Position numbers and translations under genes: made by a program. The notes under the pieces were generated by a model. That model was not told the DNA's origin and searched no databases. It was given only the letters and a program-made list of their open reading frames with translations. A DNA stretch of 60,111 nucleotides, filler included, from Fonticula-like sp. SCN 57-25 (taxonomy: Eukaryota), in assembly GCA_001724245.1 (NCBI GenBank). It is 10 parts of 10 records of this genome, joined end to end, with 100 filler letters (N's around TTAATTAATTAA, not from the genome) between each part and the next. Parts side by side here need not be neighbours in the genome. Positions count along the whole stretch, not along the records: positions 45,982 to 51,481 come from MEDX01000678.1; positions 51,582 to 60,111 come from MEDX01000684.1; 8 more parts are not named here. One strand, written 5' to 3'. How positions within the stretch are numbered: the stretch's first letter is position 1; every line of letters starts with the position of its first letter. This document shows, in pieces, positions 48,538-60,111 of this stretch.

Positions 48538-50820
48538 ATGTCGCGGCCGGTGGACGTGCATCGGTGCCGCTTCTTTGAGGTGCAGCCTGCGGCCATCAAT
48601 GCGATCGCGTGGAGCAGCTCGTCTCAGCGGGCGGCCGTTTCGCGGTCGGATAATGATATTGAAATATGGGCGCGGAATCCGGAATGGCATGTTGAGCGGG
48701 TGCGGTTTTCCTCAGGATTGTTGGGAATCGCGACTTGTCAGTTGAGGCGCTTGCCTTTGCTCCGGACGGCCGTTTGTTTAGCGCCGGCCATCATGCCTCG
48801 ATAGTAGAATGGGATCTTGTTGCCTCGCGGCCTCGCGTCACCGTCGATTCCTTTGGCGGCGCCGTGTGGTGCATGGCTGTGAGCCACAGCGGCTCGCATC
48901 TCGCCGTCGGCTGCGAGGACGGCTCCGTCCGCGTCTTTGACATTAGCGACGGCGGCCTTTCCTACCAGCGCACGCTCGAGATGCAGCCCGGCCGCGTTCT
49001 GAGCCTCGCCTGGCATCGCTCTGATCGCGTCCTTGTCGCCGGCACGGCCAAGGGCCATCTCCGCAAGTACAACGTCACGAGCGGCCGCCTCGTGCAGCGC
49101 ATCAACGTCGACTCTGCCGCCCGCCAAGAGTCTGCGCTCGTTTGGTCCGTCGTCGTTCTCGCCGACGGCACGGTCGTGACGGGCGACTCGCTCGGCCACG
49201 TCCAGTTTTGGGACGGCGAGCTCGGCACGCTTCTCCAGAACGTCGCGACGCACGAGGCCGACGTGCTCTGCCTCGCCGCGGCGGACGACGGCAGCGTCGT
49301 GTTTGCCTCTGGCATTGACAGCAAGGTCGTCCAGCTGACGCCGCTCTACGAGGGCGGCGAAAAAGATGCGGCTGTCGGCGCGCCGGCCCGCCGCGTGTCG
49401 CGCTGGCTCATCACTGCCGCCAACCGCGCGCACACGCACGACGTCCGCGCGCTCGCCCTCTGCGGCTCGGACCTCCTCCTCTCTGGCGGCGTCGACACGC
49501 AGCTCATCACATACACGCTGTCGCACTTTCGCAAGCCGACCGGCGCCGTCCGCATCAACCCCTTGCGGTCGGCGACGTCGCTCGTGTCCGTCTCTAATGC
49601 GCGCCGCATCGTGTGCCTTCAGTACCCGCACCAGCTTCAGCTCTTCCGCGTCGGCAGCGCGCTCGCCGGCGACGCCTCAATGGGCGAATCTGACGCTGTA
49701 GAAGTGCTCGACAGCACGCCGCGTCGCAAGCTGGCCGAGATTTCGCTCAAGGGCGGCCGCAAGATTGTGTGCGGCGCGATTGCCCCGAGCGGCGACTGGG
49801 CCGTGGCTGGCGACGGCGTTCGTCTGCGCCTTTTCCGCATTCACCACGACGCGCCCGGCGACGGCGTCCGCGTCGAGCGCGTCCCGCACGCCATTGACGG
49901 CCTCGACGCCACCGTCAAGGTCGCCTTTTCGCCCGACGGCGGCCGCCTTGTCGCTGCCACTGCGACGCGCGCGCTTCTCGTCGTCGACCTTGCCTCGATG
50001 GCGGTTCTGCGGACAGTCGAGCGCCCGGACGGCGACGCCCTGCGGTCGCTCGAAGTGTCGGCCGACGGCCAGTGGTTCGCCGCCGGCGATGTAAAAAACA
50101 ATATCCATGTATATTCGCTCGAGGGCCACGCGTCGTGCGCGCTGCCCGTCTTTGATGTCCCCCACGTGGCCATTGCGTTCCACCCCGTTGGGCATCACCT
50201 GCTTGCTGTCGTGTGCCTTCAAAACCGTCTGTACTTGTTTGACGTTGAGGAGCGGCGGCTGACAGAGACGTCGCGCGACGCGAGCGTGCGGCTGCAGAAT
50301 GCCGTGGCGCGCACGCACGGCGACAAGCAAGTGATTGGCGTGACGTTTAACCCGGCGGATGCGGCGTGTGTGCTCGCGTATGGGCTGTCGTTTATCTGCA
50401 AGGTGGATTTGAGGCGCGCGGTGGATAGGGTGGAGGTGGTGAAGAAGAGGAGCAGCAAGAAGAAGAGGGCGGAGGAGGAGGAGGGGAGTGAGGAGGAGGA
50501 GGGGACGGAGGCAAAGGAAAAGTCGACGGGAGTCACAACTGTGCGCAAAATTGTGGTTTTTGGGTGGTTTTTGGTGCATTTTGTGTACTTTTAGGGCAAA
50601 ATTTGCTCTTCTTGATGTCCAATTAGACCTTTTTATGTGCACTTTGCCATATTTTTGCCTCTTCGTCTCTTACTGACACGCGGTGTAGATTGTGCGCTAC
50701 CAGCCGCTGCTGTTTGTTGGCTTCACTGGACCCGACGAGATGGTTGCCGTCGAGCGGCCGTGGCTCATGGTGCTGCAGAACCTGCCGCCGCGCCTCGCCC
50801 GCCACCGGTTCGGCAGCTAG
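48538..50820 (+). CDS. UTP4: U3 snoRNP protein UTP4 (WD40)
   Basis: [20 protein letters not shown]-terminal VERPW..V...LPP; frame anomaly at 48700-48716. Confidence 0.9.
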
Positions 50821-50905
50821 TTTATATATGAAATGTTTCACTTTTACTATTGTTTTCAATACATTTCGCTTGACAAAACGAGTTCAATATACAGTGCCGG
50901 CCGCT

Positions 50906-51333
50906 CTACCGGAGATAGTGCACGCGGTCGGCGGCCACAAAGATCTCCTTGGTGGAGACGAGCATCAGCCCGAGCGGGCCGCGCTCGCAATCGGCGCAGC
51001 AAATGTACTTGTGATCGCCGACGGCGTGAAGAAAGCCAATGTTGTCAAAGAGCCACATGTCGGGCACGTGCCAGAACGCGCTCACGTCCTCGACATCGGT
51101 GCTCCCGGCGGGCGCCATCGTCGGCGGGATCGTGATCTGGGCCGTGATCGTGAGCAAAAGGATGCGGATCAAAGCCCACGTACCGTCCGCGTGTCCATCG
51201 TGCCCGTATTAACCGGCAGGATTTTACATGTGCAGTAGATACAAACGAGCGCCTTGGCGTTCTTGCCATCCTCGAGCGTAAGCGCCACGCCCTCGTCCGC
51301 GAGCGTCCCCCGGGGCACACCTTCGGTCGCCAT
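50906..51333 (-). CDS. RABIF: MSS4/RABIF
   Basis: CIYCTCKIL, W.V.DMWLFDNIGF, KYICCADCERGPLG. Confidence 0.9.
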
Positions 51334-51581
51334 GTCGTGGTCAGCAGTTTGGGGCTGAATCCACCGCTGATTATTAATAGTCCGCCCCGGACAATTTTGG
51401 CGCGCATTTTCAGATTTTCGAGCGGGAAACCTGCCATGGTGGATGCCGAGTGGAAGCCCGTGACGCGGTATGCACCATTCCNNNNNNNNNNNNNNNNNNN
51501 NNNNNNNNNNNNNNNNNNNNNNNNNTTAATTAATTAANNNNNNNNNNNNNNNNNNNNNNNNNNNNNNNNNNNNNNNNNNNN

Positions 51582-54500
51582 TTTCTCCTTCTCCAGGCAT
51601 ACAATGCGCCACCACTGCATCGCCTGGAGGACAGTCGGCCGACCGAACATGGCCTCCGTCATGGAGAAGAGCGTCTCGAGGTCGTCCGTCGAGAGGCTGC
51701 GGACGTTGAACGAGCCGCCGACCTCGCTGTCCTCCGCCAGCAGCTCCATGGCGCCGCAATGCGCGAGCAGGCCCTCAAAGGTCTCGATAGAGAGACCGCC
51801 AACTTGCGATGGCACGCTGCCACTGACGCACCACGCAGCCATGTCGACGAAGCCCATGAGCAGGCTGCGCATGTCGCGGGCGCGTGAGATGCGCTCAGAG
51901 GCGCTCAAGCCGCGCTCGTCGACCGCACCCCACCAACGGTGTACAACGCGTACAGCGTCCGCCGCGCCCTCCTCACCGAGCTCCCGCAGACGACTCTCCA
52001 CCGACGGCGAGAAGGTGCGTCGAGCATTCGAGACCGACTGCTTGTCCGCACCTGCCATGAGCGCCGGCGTGAGAGTCGTGCTGTGCTCGTGCGCGTTCTT
52101 GGCAATGTCGACGAACACCTGCGCGTCGTGGCCCAGCCACTTCTCCTTCCTCTCCACGCAGCGGAGGAGCGCGAAGCGGATGCGCTTCAACAGATGCGGC
52201 GCGTCCTCGACCCCGAGTCGCACCACCACGCCGTCGCTGTCGGTCGTCGGCCACCACACCTTGGCCACCTTGCCGTCGCCATCGAGCACCCCATCGCTCT
52301 TGAGCTTGTTGATAATGCGGGCGGATCGGACATTTCCGCGCACCACCCCAAGGGGAATGTGCCGCTCGGTGCCGCCTTCCGTCTGCATAACGGGGATGCC
52401 CATCTCTCTCGCCATCGTGAAAAGGTCCGGATGCCTCAGGGGCGCCAGTTCCGCGGCAATCTCCTGCGTCTCGACGCGCAGCTTTTGCGTGAACATGGCG
52501 GCCCCGCCGTCCGGCGCTCTCACTAGGCAAGAGTGATGCTCCCCGTCAAAGGCCTCAATGAGGATGCGCGGGAATGGGCGCGATGCCCTGGCAAACGCTG
52601 CCATCAGCGCCGCCCGCAAGCGCTCCACAATGTCCCCGACGACCTTCGCCCGCACGCCCGCCCCCGTGAAGAAGAGGCCAACTTCAACGGACATCGTCCT
52701 CGTGGTGTCGGACACGACAAAGGCAAGCATGTGCTGGGCGAGCGGACGCAAAATCGGTCGAGCCGCAGCCAAGAGGGCGCGAATGTCAGACTCCGAGACT
52801 CCCGCGTCTGGTGCGGTGCGCCGCGGCACGTGCGCAGCGAACGCGAGCGGAGCGTGGTTGGCAATAATGTCTGTACGTGCACGTTAATATCTTTTTGTTT
52901 GTTTGATATTTGAATACGCACCGTGTGCGCGCGATAGATAGGCTTTGCCTTGCTTAATGTCGTCGCCCAACGTGATGCTGAGCTCGCGCAGGGATTCCCG
53001 CTCATACCGATACACGGCAACAAGCTCGCAAGGACACGACTGTACACCAATGACGGCAGCGCTTGCTTCCGGTGCATGCTGAAGGGCAACGGCAGCGCGC
53101 ATCAAAAGCGCGGGCGGCACGTCGCAAGTGGCCGACGTAACGTCGACCACCTCGCAAACGACGGCTTCGTGATTCTCGCCAATCAGCGTGTACGGCATGC
53201 TGACGCCGTCGACAATGGTTTTACGGTGCATCTGGGGCGCGGCTCCGAGGAACAGCGCAACAGTTGAGAGCGTTTCGCATCTTCCAACATATGGTACTAT
53301 GCCCTCCTTCTGTGCGCCGCTAACCTGGGCTTTGCTCCCAAGCCCAAAGAAAGCTTCGAGGTGGCCAATGCTTCTACACGTTTTTCTTTAGAGCTGAAGA
53401 CATACATCATTTGGCGTACGATGCTGCGACGTCCGCGCATGCGGTTTCGGTGTGCTCGCGCAATCTATCAAGGTCCAGGCCTGGAGATTTCCATAACACA
53501 TTGTCGTGTGCGTATTCTCTTGCTTTCGTGATCACCTTATCAACCTTTTCCTTTTGTAGCTCCAAGGCCGCCAAAACACGCAGCTGCCGCGCTTGCTCAT
53601 CTTCTCCTTTTGCTATTTCTTTTTTCTCTATTTTCTTTTCGAGTGTCTCCTTGTGCACGAGCAGCCCCCCGATGACGCGTGCCACGAGCTCGTCGGCTGG
53701 GGAGCTGCCTGCATCGAGCTCTTTGAGGGCGCTATCAATGTCGGTCAATAGAGCCTTGTTCTCCACTTCCACCGGTACCTGTCCAAAGTCCACATCACCA
53801 ACCTCAGTCCCATCGGGCAGCGTACAGACGCCGTCGTGAACGATGCGCGCGTCATACTTAATCGCCATGGCGGCCTCTGTAGGGAAACGCTCTGCAACCA
53901 TTTGCACGGCATCAAGGTCAATGCCAGCTTTCACGGCCTTTCTGCCATTGAGGCGCTTGAGGGAGGACTCCGAGGGAATGCACAGATTAGTGTTGCGCAT
54001 CGACTTGCGACGATCGTGCTCACCAATGCTGGCGCCTCTCTGCCCACCAATCAGCCGAATGGCCTTCCCGCCGCACACATTTTTGACGGACTGCCAAAAC
54101 TTTTTTGATAAGGAACTGTAGGTCGGCGGACTACTCTCAACCAGAAACTGGCAGTTTTCAATGAAAAGCACAGCAAAAATGCCGGATAATTTTTGGCGAC
54201 AAAGAGCGAGTAGAAAGAGATAAAGAGGGTTCTTGTCCGTGGTCGCGCCCACGTCTTTTTTAAGCTGCTCCGCCAGCGCAAACCCTTGGCCTAGCTGGGC
54301 AAAGCAGCTGGCCAGCTCGCGCTCCTGCTGGGACGAAGTGTCCGACGCCTCGAGAGCGGAAAAAAAAGTGCTGATCGCCGCAAGCCGTTCGGCAGGCGAG
54401 GCGGCAGCGAGCGCATCCATCACCGCTTGCGATGGAGAGCTAGGGCCAGCGGAACGGGTTCCGGCGTTCGTCACCGCATACAGCAAACCCGTAGCCGTCG

Positions 54501-55293
54501 TCGTATTCGGCAGGCCAAGCTGGAGGCGGAGGCGGTTGACCTGTTGGCGGACCGCGACCGGCGTGAAGGACATGCCCGCGCGCTTCGAGAGCTTGTCGGC
54601 AACAGCGCTGTACATGCTCTCTTGGCGAGGGAGGCAGAATGCGTCTTTGTCCTGGACCAGCAGCACCACAAGGAGGCGAATGGTCTCCGCGTTCCACTTT
54701 TGGCCTTGCTGAGGGACCGGCTCCTCCTCCTCCGATTCAGAATCCGACGAGGAATCGGAACCATCCTCGCTGCCACTATCAGCCTCGGAATCGTCACTGT
54801 CACCGCCAGTCTCAGAGTCATCCTCTCCGCTGATGCTTTCGTCCTGTTCAATAGATAAACCGGGCGTGTCGGTCCTCAGCATGAAGAGGCGAGGCGCAGA
54901 CACCTTGCCTCTTTGCTTTCGCAAGCGGTGGGCCTCCGCAGCAGCGTCCGCCATCGTCTTAAAAGGGCCGGCTCGAGCACCGTCAGACCAGACGAAGAAG
55001 TGCTCGGAGTCGGCGCGCCAGCGACCACCGGCTGCTGGCAAAGCAGCAAGTACGGCGACTCTGTTCACCAGCGGCTCCAGCTTCTTCCCAGCGCGCCAAA
55101 CGACGACACGTCCAGTAGGGCACGTCCCGCCGCGCTCCTCGCCGCGAGCAACGAGAGCAACACTACCTACGCTGCGAACTGACTCAAAAGCGATCGGCGA
55201 TTCAACTATGCCACGCATGTGCACCGCATCTTCGCCCATGACGGCTTTGGCCACCTCGAGAATCGAGGACGCCGCCCCGCTGCTGGCACTCAT
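51582..55293 (-). mobile_element. P-element-superfamily-like DDE transposase gene (3 exons, more than 1200 aa, 3' partial) with N-terminal Myb/SANT-like domain
   Basis: Exons 55293-53420, 53373-52922, 52870-<51582 splice in frame; KYD (53851), AFDGE (52545), DAPHLLKRIR (52203), DKQSV..A...FS..V, STDDLETLFS (51675). Confidence 0.75.
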
Positions 55294-55647
55294 CGCTCGT
55301 CAGAAGTGCAGAAGCGAATACTACGAGAAGAACGCGTTAGCAAGATGGCGGGATTACGATCAGACAAGCACTAACCTGCGGGATGATTTCCGAAGGATGC
55401 GGATGATTTCACAATGTCGGTGGATGATTTGCTCACAAGTGGTGTCAAACAATTCGAATTTGTCGGCTGCGCGCCAATGCGAACGATTCCCGCCGATTTG
55501 GCGCCTTTTGAAAGCAGGAGGGGGCTTTAAATGAAGTTACCTCAAAAATGAGGTTCAAAGTGGTATTTACAATCAATGTCACTTGGATCCGACAAACCAA
55601 TCATAGGTGATCTACCCGTGGGAGTGTCAGTGAAGCGTGATTAAAAA

Positions 55648-57080
55648 ATGGTGCACGGAGCTAGCGCTGTGGAGCAGCTGTCGCTTGCCGCGACGGGCGT
55701 CCGCCAAGAGTCGGACACGATGGGCAAGGTGCGCTTCATATGAAATATTGCTTTTCACGCTCACTTTTTGCCTGTTTTAGATTGATGTCCCTGCCGATCG
55801 CTACTGGGGCGCTCAGACGCAGCGCTCGCTTCACCACTTTGCCATTGGCGAGGACCACTTTACGCGCCCTCTCCTGCGCGCGCTCGGCATCCTCAAGAAG
55901 GCGGCTGCCCTTTCGAACGCCGAGCTCGGCCTCCTGCCCGCCGACAAGCGCGACCTGATCGTCCGCGCCGCCGATGACGTGGTCGAGGGCCGCCTCGACA
56001 GCCACTTTCCTCTGTACGTGTGGCAGACCGGCAGCGGCACGCAGACCAACATGAACGCCAATGAGGTCATTTCGAACCGCGCTATTGAGCTGAGCGGCGG
56101 CGTCGTCGGGTCCAAGAAGCCGATCCACCCCAACGATGACGGTACGGCCTAGGGGGATGATCGGCAGTGGAAGCTGACGATGATCGCGATAGTCAACAAG
56201 AGCCAGTCGTCGAACGACACGTTCCCCACGGCCATGCACATCGCCGCCGCGGAGGAGACCGTCAAGCTCCTGATCCCCGCCATCACCGAGCTCCGCAACG
56301 CGCTCGACGCCAAGGCCAAGGGTGCGTTATTATTTGGATCCTTGTGTTGTTGCTTTTTTGATACTTGTTGATGTATTTTGTATTGTTTTTGGTGCTTTTT
56401 TGAGCCAAATGTGCTACTTTTTGTGCAAAGTATGCTGATTTTTTTTATGACTTGTGCTCCATTTTTGTATCATATCACTCATTTTGCTTACTTTTCCCTC
56501 CATTTTGACTCATTTCTTCCCAGAATTCGCGTCCATTGTCAAGATTGGCCGCACTCACCTGCAGGACGCGACCCCTCTCACTCTCGGCCAAGAGTTCTCC
56601 GGCTACGTCGCCCAGCTCGACCTCTCCCTCGCGACCATCAACGCCGCCCTTCCCCACGTCTACGAGCTCGCCCTCGGCGGCACAGGTCCGTTTTTGTTGA
56701 CTTTTTCGAATGTTTTTTGAGTGGTTTTTGAGTGGTTTGTGAATGTTTTTTGGGCATTTTTTGCTTGTTCTTAGTGTTTTTACGTCTAATTTTCGTCTTT
56801 TCATGCGTATTTTACTCACAATTTCACCATAGCTGTTGGCACTGGCCTTAATGCGCACCCCCGCTTCGCTGCCGTCGGCGCCTCCCACATTGCCACCCTC
56901 ACCGGCCTCCCCTTTGTGTCCGCCCCCAACAAGTTCGCCTCCCTCGCCGGCCACGAGGCCCTCCTCGCCCTCCACGGCGGCTTCAAGACGCTCGCCGGCG
57001 CCCTCAACAAGATCGCCAACGACATCCGCTGGCTCGCGAGCGGCCCCCGCTGCGGCCTCGGCGAGATCAGCATCCCCGAA

Positions 57081-57121
<41 letters not shown>

Positions 57122-57545
57122 GACGCAGAGCGAAGCGCTGACGATGGTGTGCGCGCAGGTCATGGGCAATGACGTTGCGGTGAATGTCGGCGGCATGTCG
57201 GGCAACTTTGAGCTGAACGTGTTCAAGCCGCTCATCATTCGCAATGTGCTGCACTCGGCGAGGCTCATGGCCGACGCGGCGCGCAGCTTCCGCGAATTCT
57301 GCGTCGAGGGAATCACGGCGAACAAGGAGCGCATTGATGACCATCTGCACAATTCGCTGATGCTGGTGACGGCGCTGAACCTGCACTTGGGGTATGACAC
57401 GTGCGCGATGATTGCAAAGAAGGCGCACAAGGAGGGGAAGACGCTCAAGCAGGTGGCGGTGGAGACGGGGTCGCTCACGGCGGAGCAGTTTGACGAGTGG
57501 GTCAGGCCGGAGAAGATGATCGGGCCGTCGGCAGAGGGGAACTGA
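55648..57545 (+). CDS. FH: Fumarate hydratase class II
   Basis: [50 protein letters not shown]. Confidence 0.96.
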
Positions 57546-57843
57546 GACGGTGATTAGTTGAGAGTGGACTTGGAGTGTCATGTATGGCACGAATTTATCA
57601 ATAAACATGGGTCAAACATGGAGAATATGAATTGTCATATCAACATGGCAAGTATCAGCATAGGCATCAAAATGGCATTGGTCATATCTTTTTGCCTTGA
57701 ACATCATTGGACATGGCAATAATATGGTAAATATCCATGTCAGTGTCAAGTGTAGCAAATTGATACCATATGTGTGTTACTGGGCATAATTTTCATTGAC
57801 AAATCTACAAGCTAGAACAACAGCGACGGCGCTGATTACTAAT

Positions 57844-58750
57844 TTAAAACTTTATGCACGGCCCGACGGGCTCGACAAACCGCGACGGCACGTCGGCGAG
57901 CCACAAGTTGTCCTCGGTAAAGTTGGCGACTTCCCTGGGAAAGTACACGCCGGCGGGCATGTCGGCCCACGGCCAGTCCTTGGGCTGCGCGTCGCACACA
58001 AACTGATCCCTATTGACCATATTAGCCCATGTTATTTCTCATGATCTGGTCGGTGTCGTACCTGGGGATGGAGCCGAGGATGCGGACGTTGGCGCACGAG
58101 TGGTAGTTGCTAAAGCAGCTGACGCCGTCGTTGCAGTTGCTGCAGAGCGGGTCGTACGTGCAGTTGGACTGGCCGTTGCCTTCAAGCTTGTCGGTCATCG
58201 GGTTGAGCAGCTGCAGCGCGCAGCGCTCGCAGTACACGTCGGGGATCTCGACGGTGATGTACGTCTTGGTGTACGTCGACTCGACGCCGTAGACGGGCTC
58301 ATTCAGGTCTGTGGCCACGTGGAAGTTAGAGAGGGCGCCATGTGGGGAGGAGCGTACCGTTGTGCGGGATGTGATCGAGCAGCACGCACGACTCGTAGAC
58401 GGTGTCGTCCGACTCGGCAGAGAGGGCGATGCGGAAGGGAGCGCCCTTGTGCGCAATGCTCTCCTCAAACACAACTGGTCGCGTGTCAGCGAAGGAAAAG
58501 AGAAGGAGAATGAGAGCGCACGCGTCATCGGGCCGGGGTAGATCTCCATCAGATCGCCGCTGAAATCACCGCTCTCAGTGCCACAGGGGCCGGTCTACAT
58601 GGTATGAGTAACAGAGTTCGAAAAGGGATGGCGCCATACCTTGATGCCGGTGGAGGGGTTGCGCGGGGCGGGGCACGTCCAACGCGCATGTGCGCTCGCA
58701 TGGCCAACAAAGGCGCACGCCAAGATCGCCAAGATCGCCAAGCGCCCCAT
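57844..58750 (-). CDS. Secreted LPMO-like (histidine-brace) copper protein
   Basis: 5 exons; signal peptide ending ASA|H (mature His1: HARWTCPAPR), GPCG, ESIAHKGAPFRIALS, CERCALQL, YHSCANV. Confidence 0.72.
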
Positions 58751-58846
58751 GCCGAGGAGAAGGTGCTGAAGCAGATGATAGGGGTTGCAATCGAGTCCAC
58801 GTGGACGACATCGTGAGTCAGCACTTCCTTATCACCCCACGTGGCC

Positions 58847-59681
58847 ATGGGTGGTGCGTCGTCCAAAGCGCCGGCCGCAGGTAGGGCCGCGGCCAATGCC
58901 GCCAGCAGTGGCGCGAGTGCGGGTCGCGCCGCCGCACAGGCGACCGTTCGTGCAACTCCTCCTCCTCCGCCGCCGACCCCCGCTGCTCCGCGCGTACGAG
59001 ATTTGAATGTCGCCGCCGAGGTGGTCCGCAAGGACAATCAGCTGTTGCAGAACCTGTCGCAGCTCGACATGAGCATCAAGCCGCAGCACCATGTTGTCAA
59101 GCTGGTACGGCGCTATTCCCGCCTTTTGGAGCCTTTTGTGTCGCTTTCATGATGCCCGCACTGTTCCTTTGTCTTTGGTGTCGAGGTCGACAGCGCATCT
59201 TGTTCGATGCTTATGTTGTTTGAATGTTCAAAAGACATACTTGAGCTTGATATTACGACTATGCCCTCAATTCTATGTCTGTTACTTTCATTGTGCAATG
59301 TGCCGGTCTGATGCTGATCCGTGCGATAGAACGCGACGATCAAGCAGACCCTAGATGAGCGCCGCCGCCGCGAGAATGCGCAGGACGACCCCTTCGAGCA
59401 CCCGTCCGTGTCGCTCGCCGCCAACGGGCAGAACCACGTGGTGTCGAACGATGTACGCCGACGCACATTTCCTTTAGATGATAACTGACATGGTTTGTGG
59501 CAAGCTTGTTGCGATGTTGACGGCGCATCATATTCATGGCGTGTCGGCGTCGACGCTCGCAAAGGATTACCGCATCGACGAAAAGGTCGCGCGCAACTTG
59601 ATGCGCGACTATGCGGTCTACAGTGTTCGCGAGGATGATCAGGGCAAGCTGCACGCCTCGTGGCCGACGCCCAAAAAGTGA
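58847..59681 (+). CDS. NDUFAF4: NDUFAF4-like complex I assembly factor
   Basis: MGG start, KDNQLLQNL, SASTLAKDYRIDEKVARNLMRDY. Confidence 0.6.
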
Positions 59682-59973
59682 AAACCATCAATGTAACATC
59701 AATTATTCGCCGTATTTCAATGGGCCCACATGCCCACTTACCATCCTTTCATGCATTATTAATACATATTATGCCCTTATCATTGTTTTTATTGCGCGTT
59801 TGCCCCGATGATGCCGCCAAATGTGCCAGAGTCAATGCCCAAATGGATCGATCACGTGACAAAATCACGTGACAATCCTAGTCAGCACCAGCGGTGATCC
59901 ACGCGGAGCGTTGCGGCGTGCGCGCAGTGTCCAGCTTTTTCTCTTCTTTCTCTGCTTCTCCACGTTTTGCGCC

Positions 59974-60111
59974 ATGGTGGTGTTTCACGACGAGATTGAG
60001 ATTGAGGATTTCGAGTTTAATGAGGAGACGCGAAAGTACTACTACCCGTGCCCATGCGGCGACAACTTTGAGATCAGCGAGGACGAGCTGGCCGATGGTG
60101 AAGATGTCGCG
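59974..60111 (+). CDS. DPH3: DPH3/KTI11 zinc ribbon, 3' partial
   Basis: [12 protein letters not shown]....[14 protein letters not shown]. Confidence 0.92.
   Translation, partial: MVVFHDEIEIEDFEFNEETRKYYYPCPCGDNFEISEDELADGEDVA

Noticed and set aside
55300-55647. Terminal inverted repeat of the transposon
   Set aside because: The other end is lost at the contig break, so no TIR or TSD can be demonstrated
1-60111. Alternative genetic code or stop-codon readthrough
   Set aside because: In-frame stops are explained by GT-AG introns or a few local indels; TAA, TAG and TGA all terminate genes at expected positions
1-60111. tRNA, rRNA, snRNA genes and telomeric repeats
   Set aside because: None recognised by eye; tRNAscan-SE/Infernal would be needed to exclude them

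Overview
Eukaryotic genomic DNA. The window is a pseudo-scaffold of ten unrelated contigs (about 5-8.5 kb) joined by artificial 100-nt linkers (N44-TTAATTAATTAA-N44), so gene order is meaningful only within a contig. It is gene-dense, with GT-AG introns (donor mostly GTACG/GTGCG) and the standard genetic code. The gene content (ATF6-type membrane bZIP, RASSF-type RA+SARAH, SH3/DH RhoGEFs, ADAM-like protease, plus a LYS12-like homoisocitrate dehydrogenase) best fits a unicellular opisthokont, probably a holozoan (inference). About 40 genes were reconstructed by hand. Most notable: (1) a spliced P-element-like DDE transposase of more than 1200 aa with a Myb/SANT-like domain instead of THAP and a very large insertion in the catalytic core; (2) a RASSF-like gene whose RA domain is interrupted by an SH3 domain on a skippable phase 1-1 exon; (3) AT-rich microsatellite islands in introns and 3' ends, flanked by a mirror-image G-to-C skew and dense CACGTG clusters that extend into coding sequence; (4) a secreted His1 LPMO-like protein; (5) Fic and Crinkler/RHS-type REase fragments. 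All homology calls are motif recognition by eye, not database searches.
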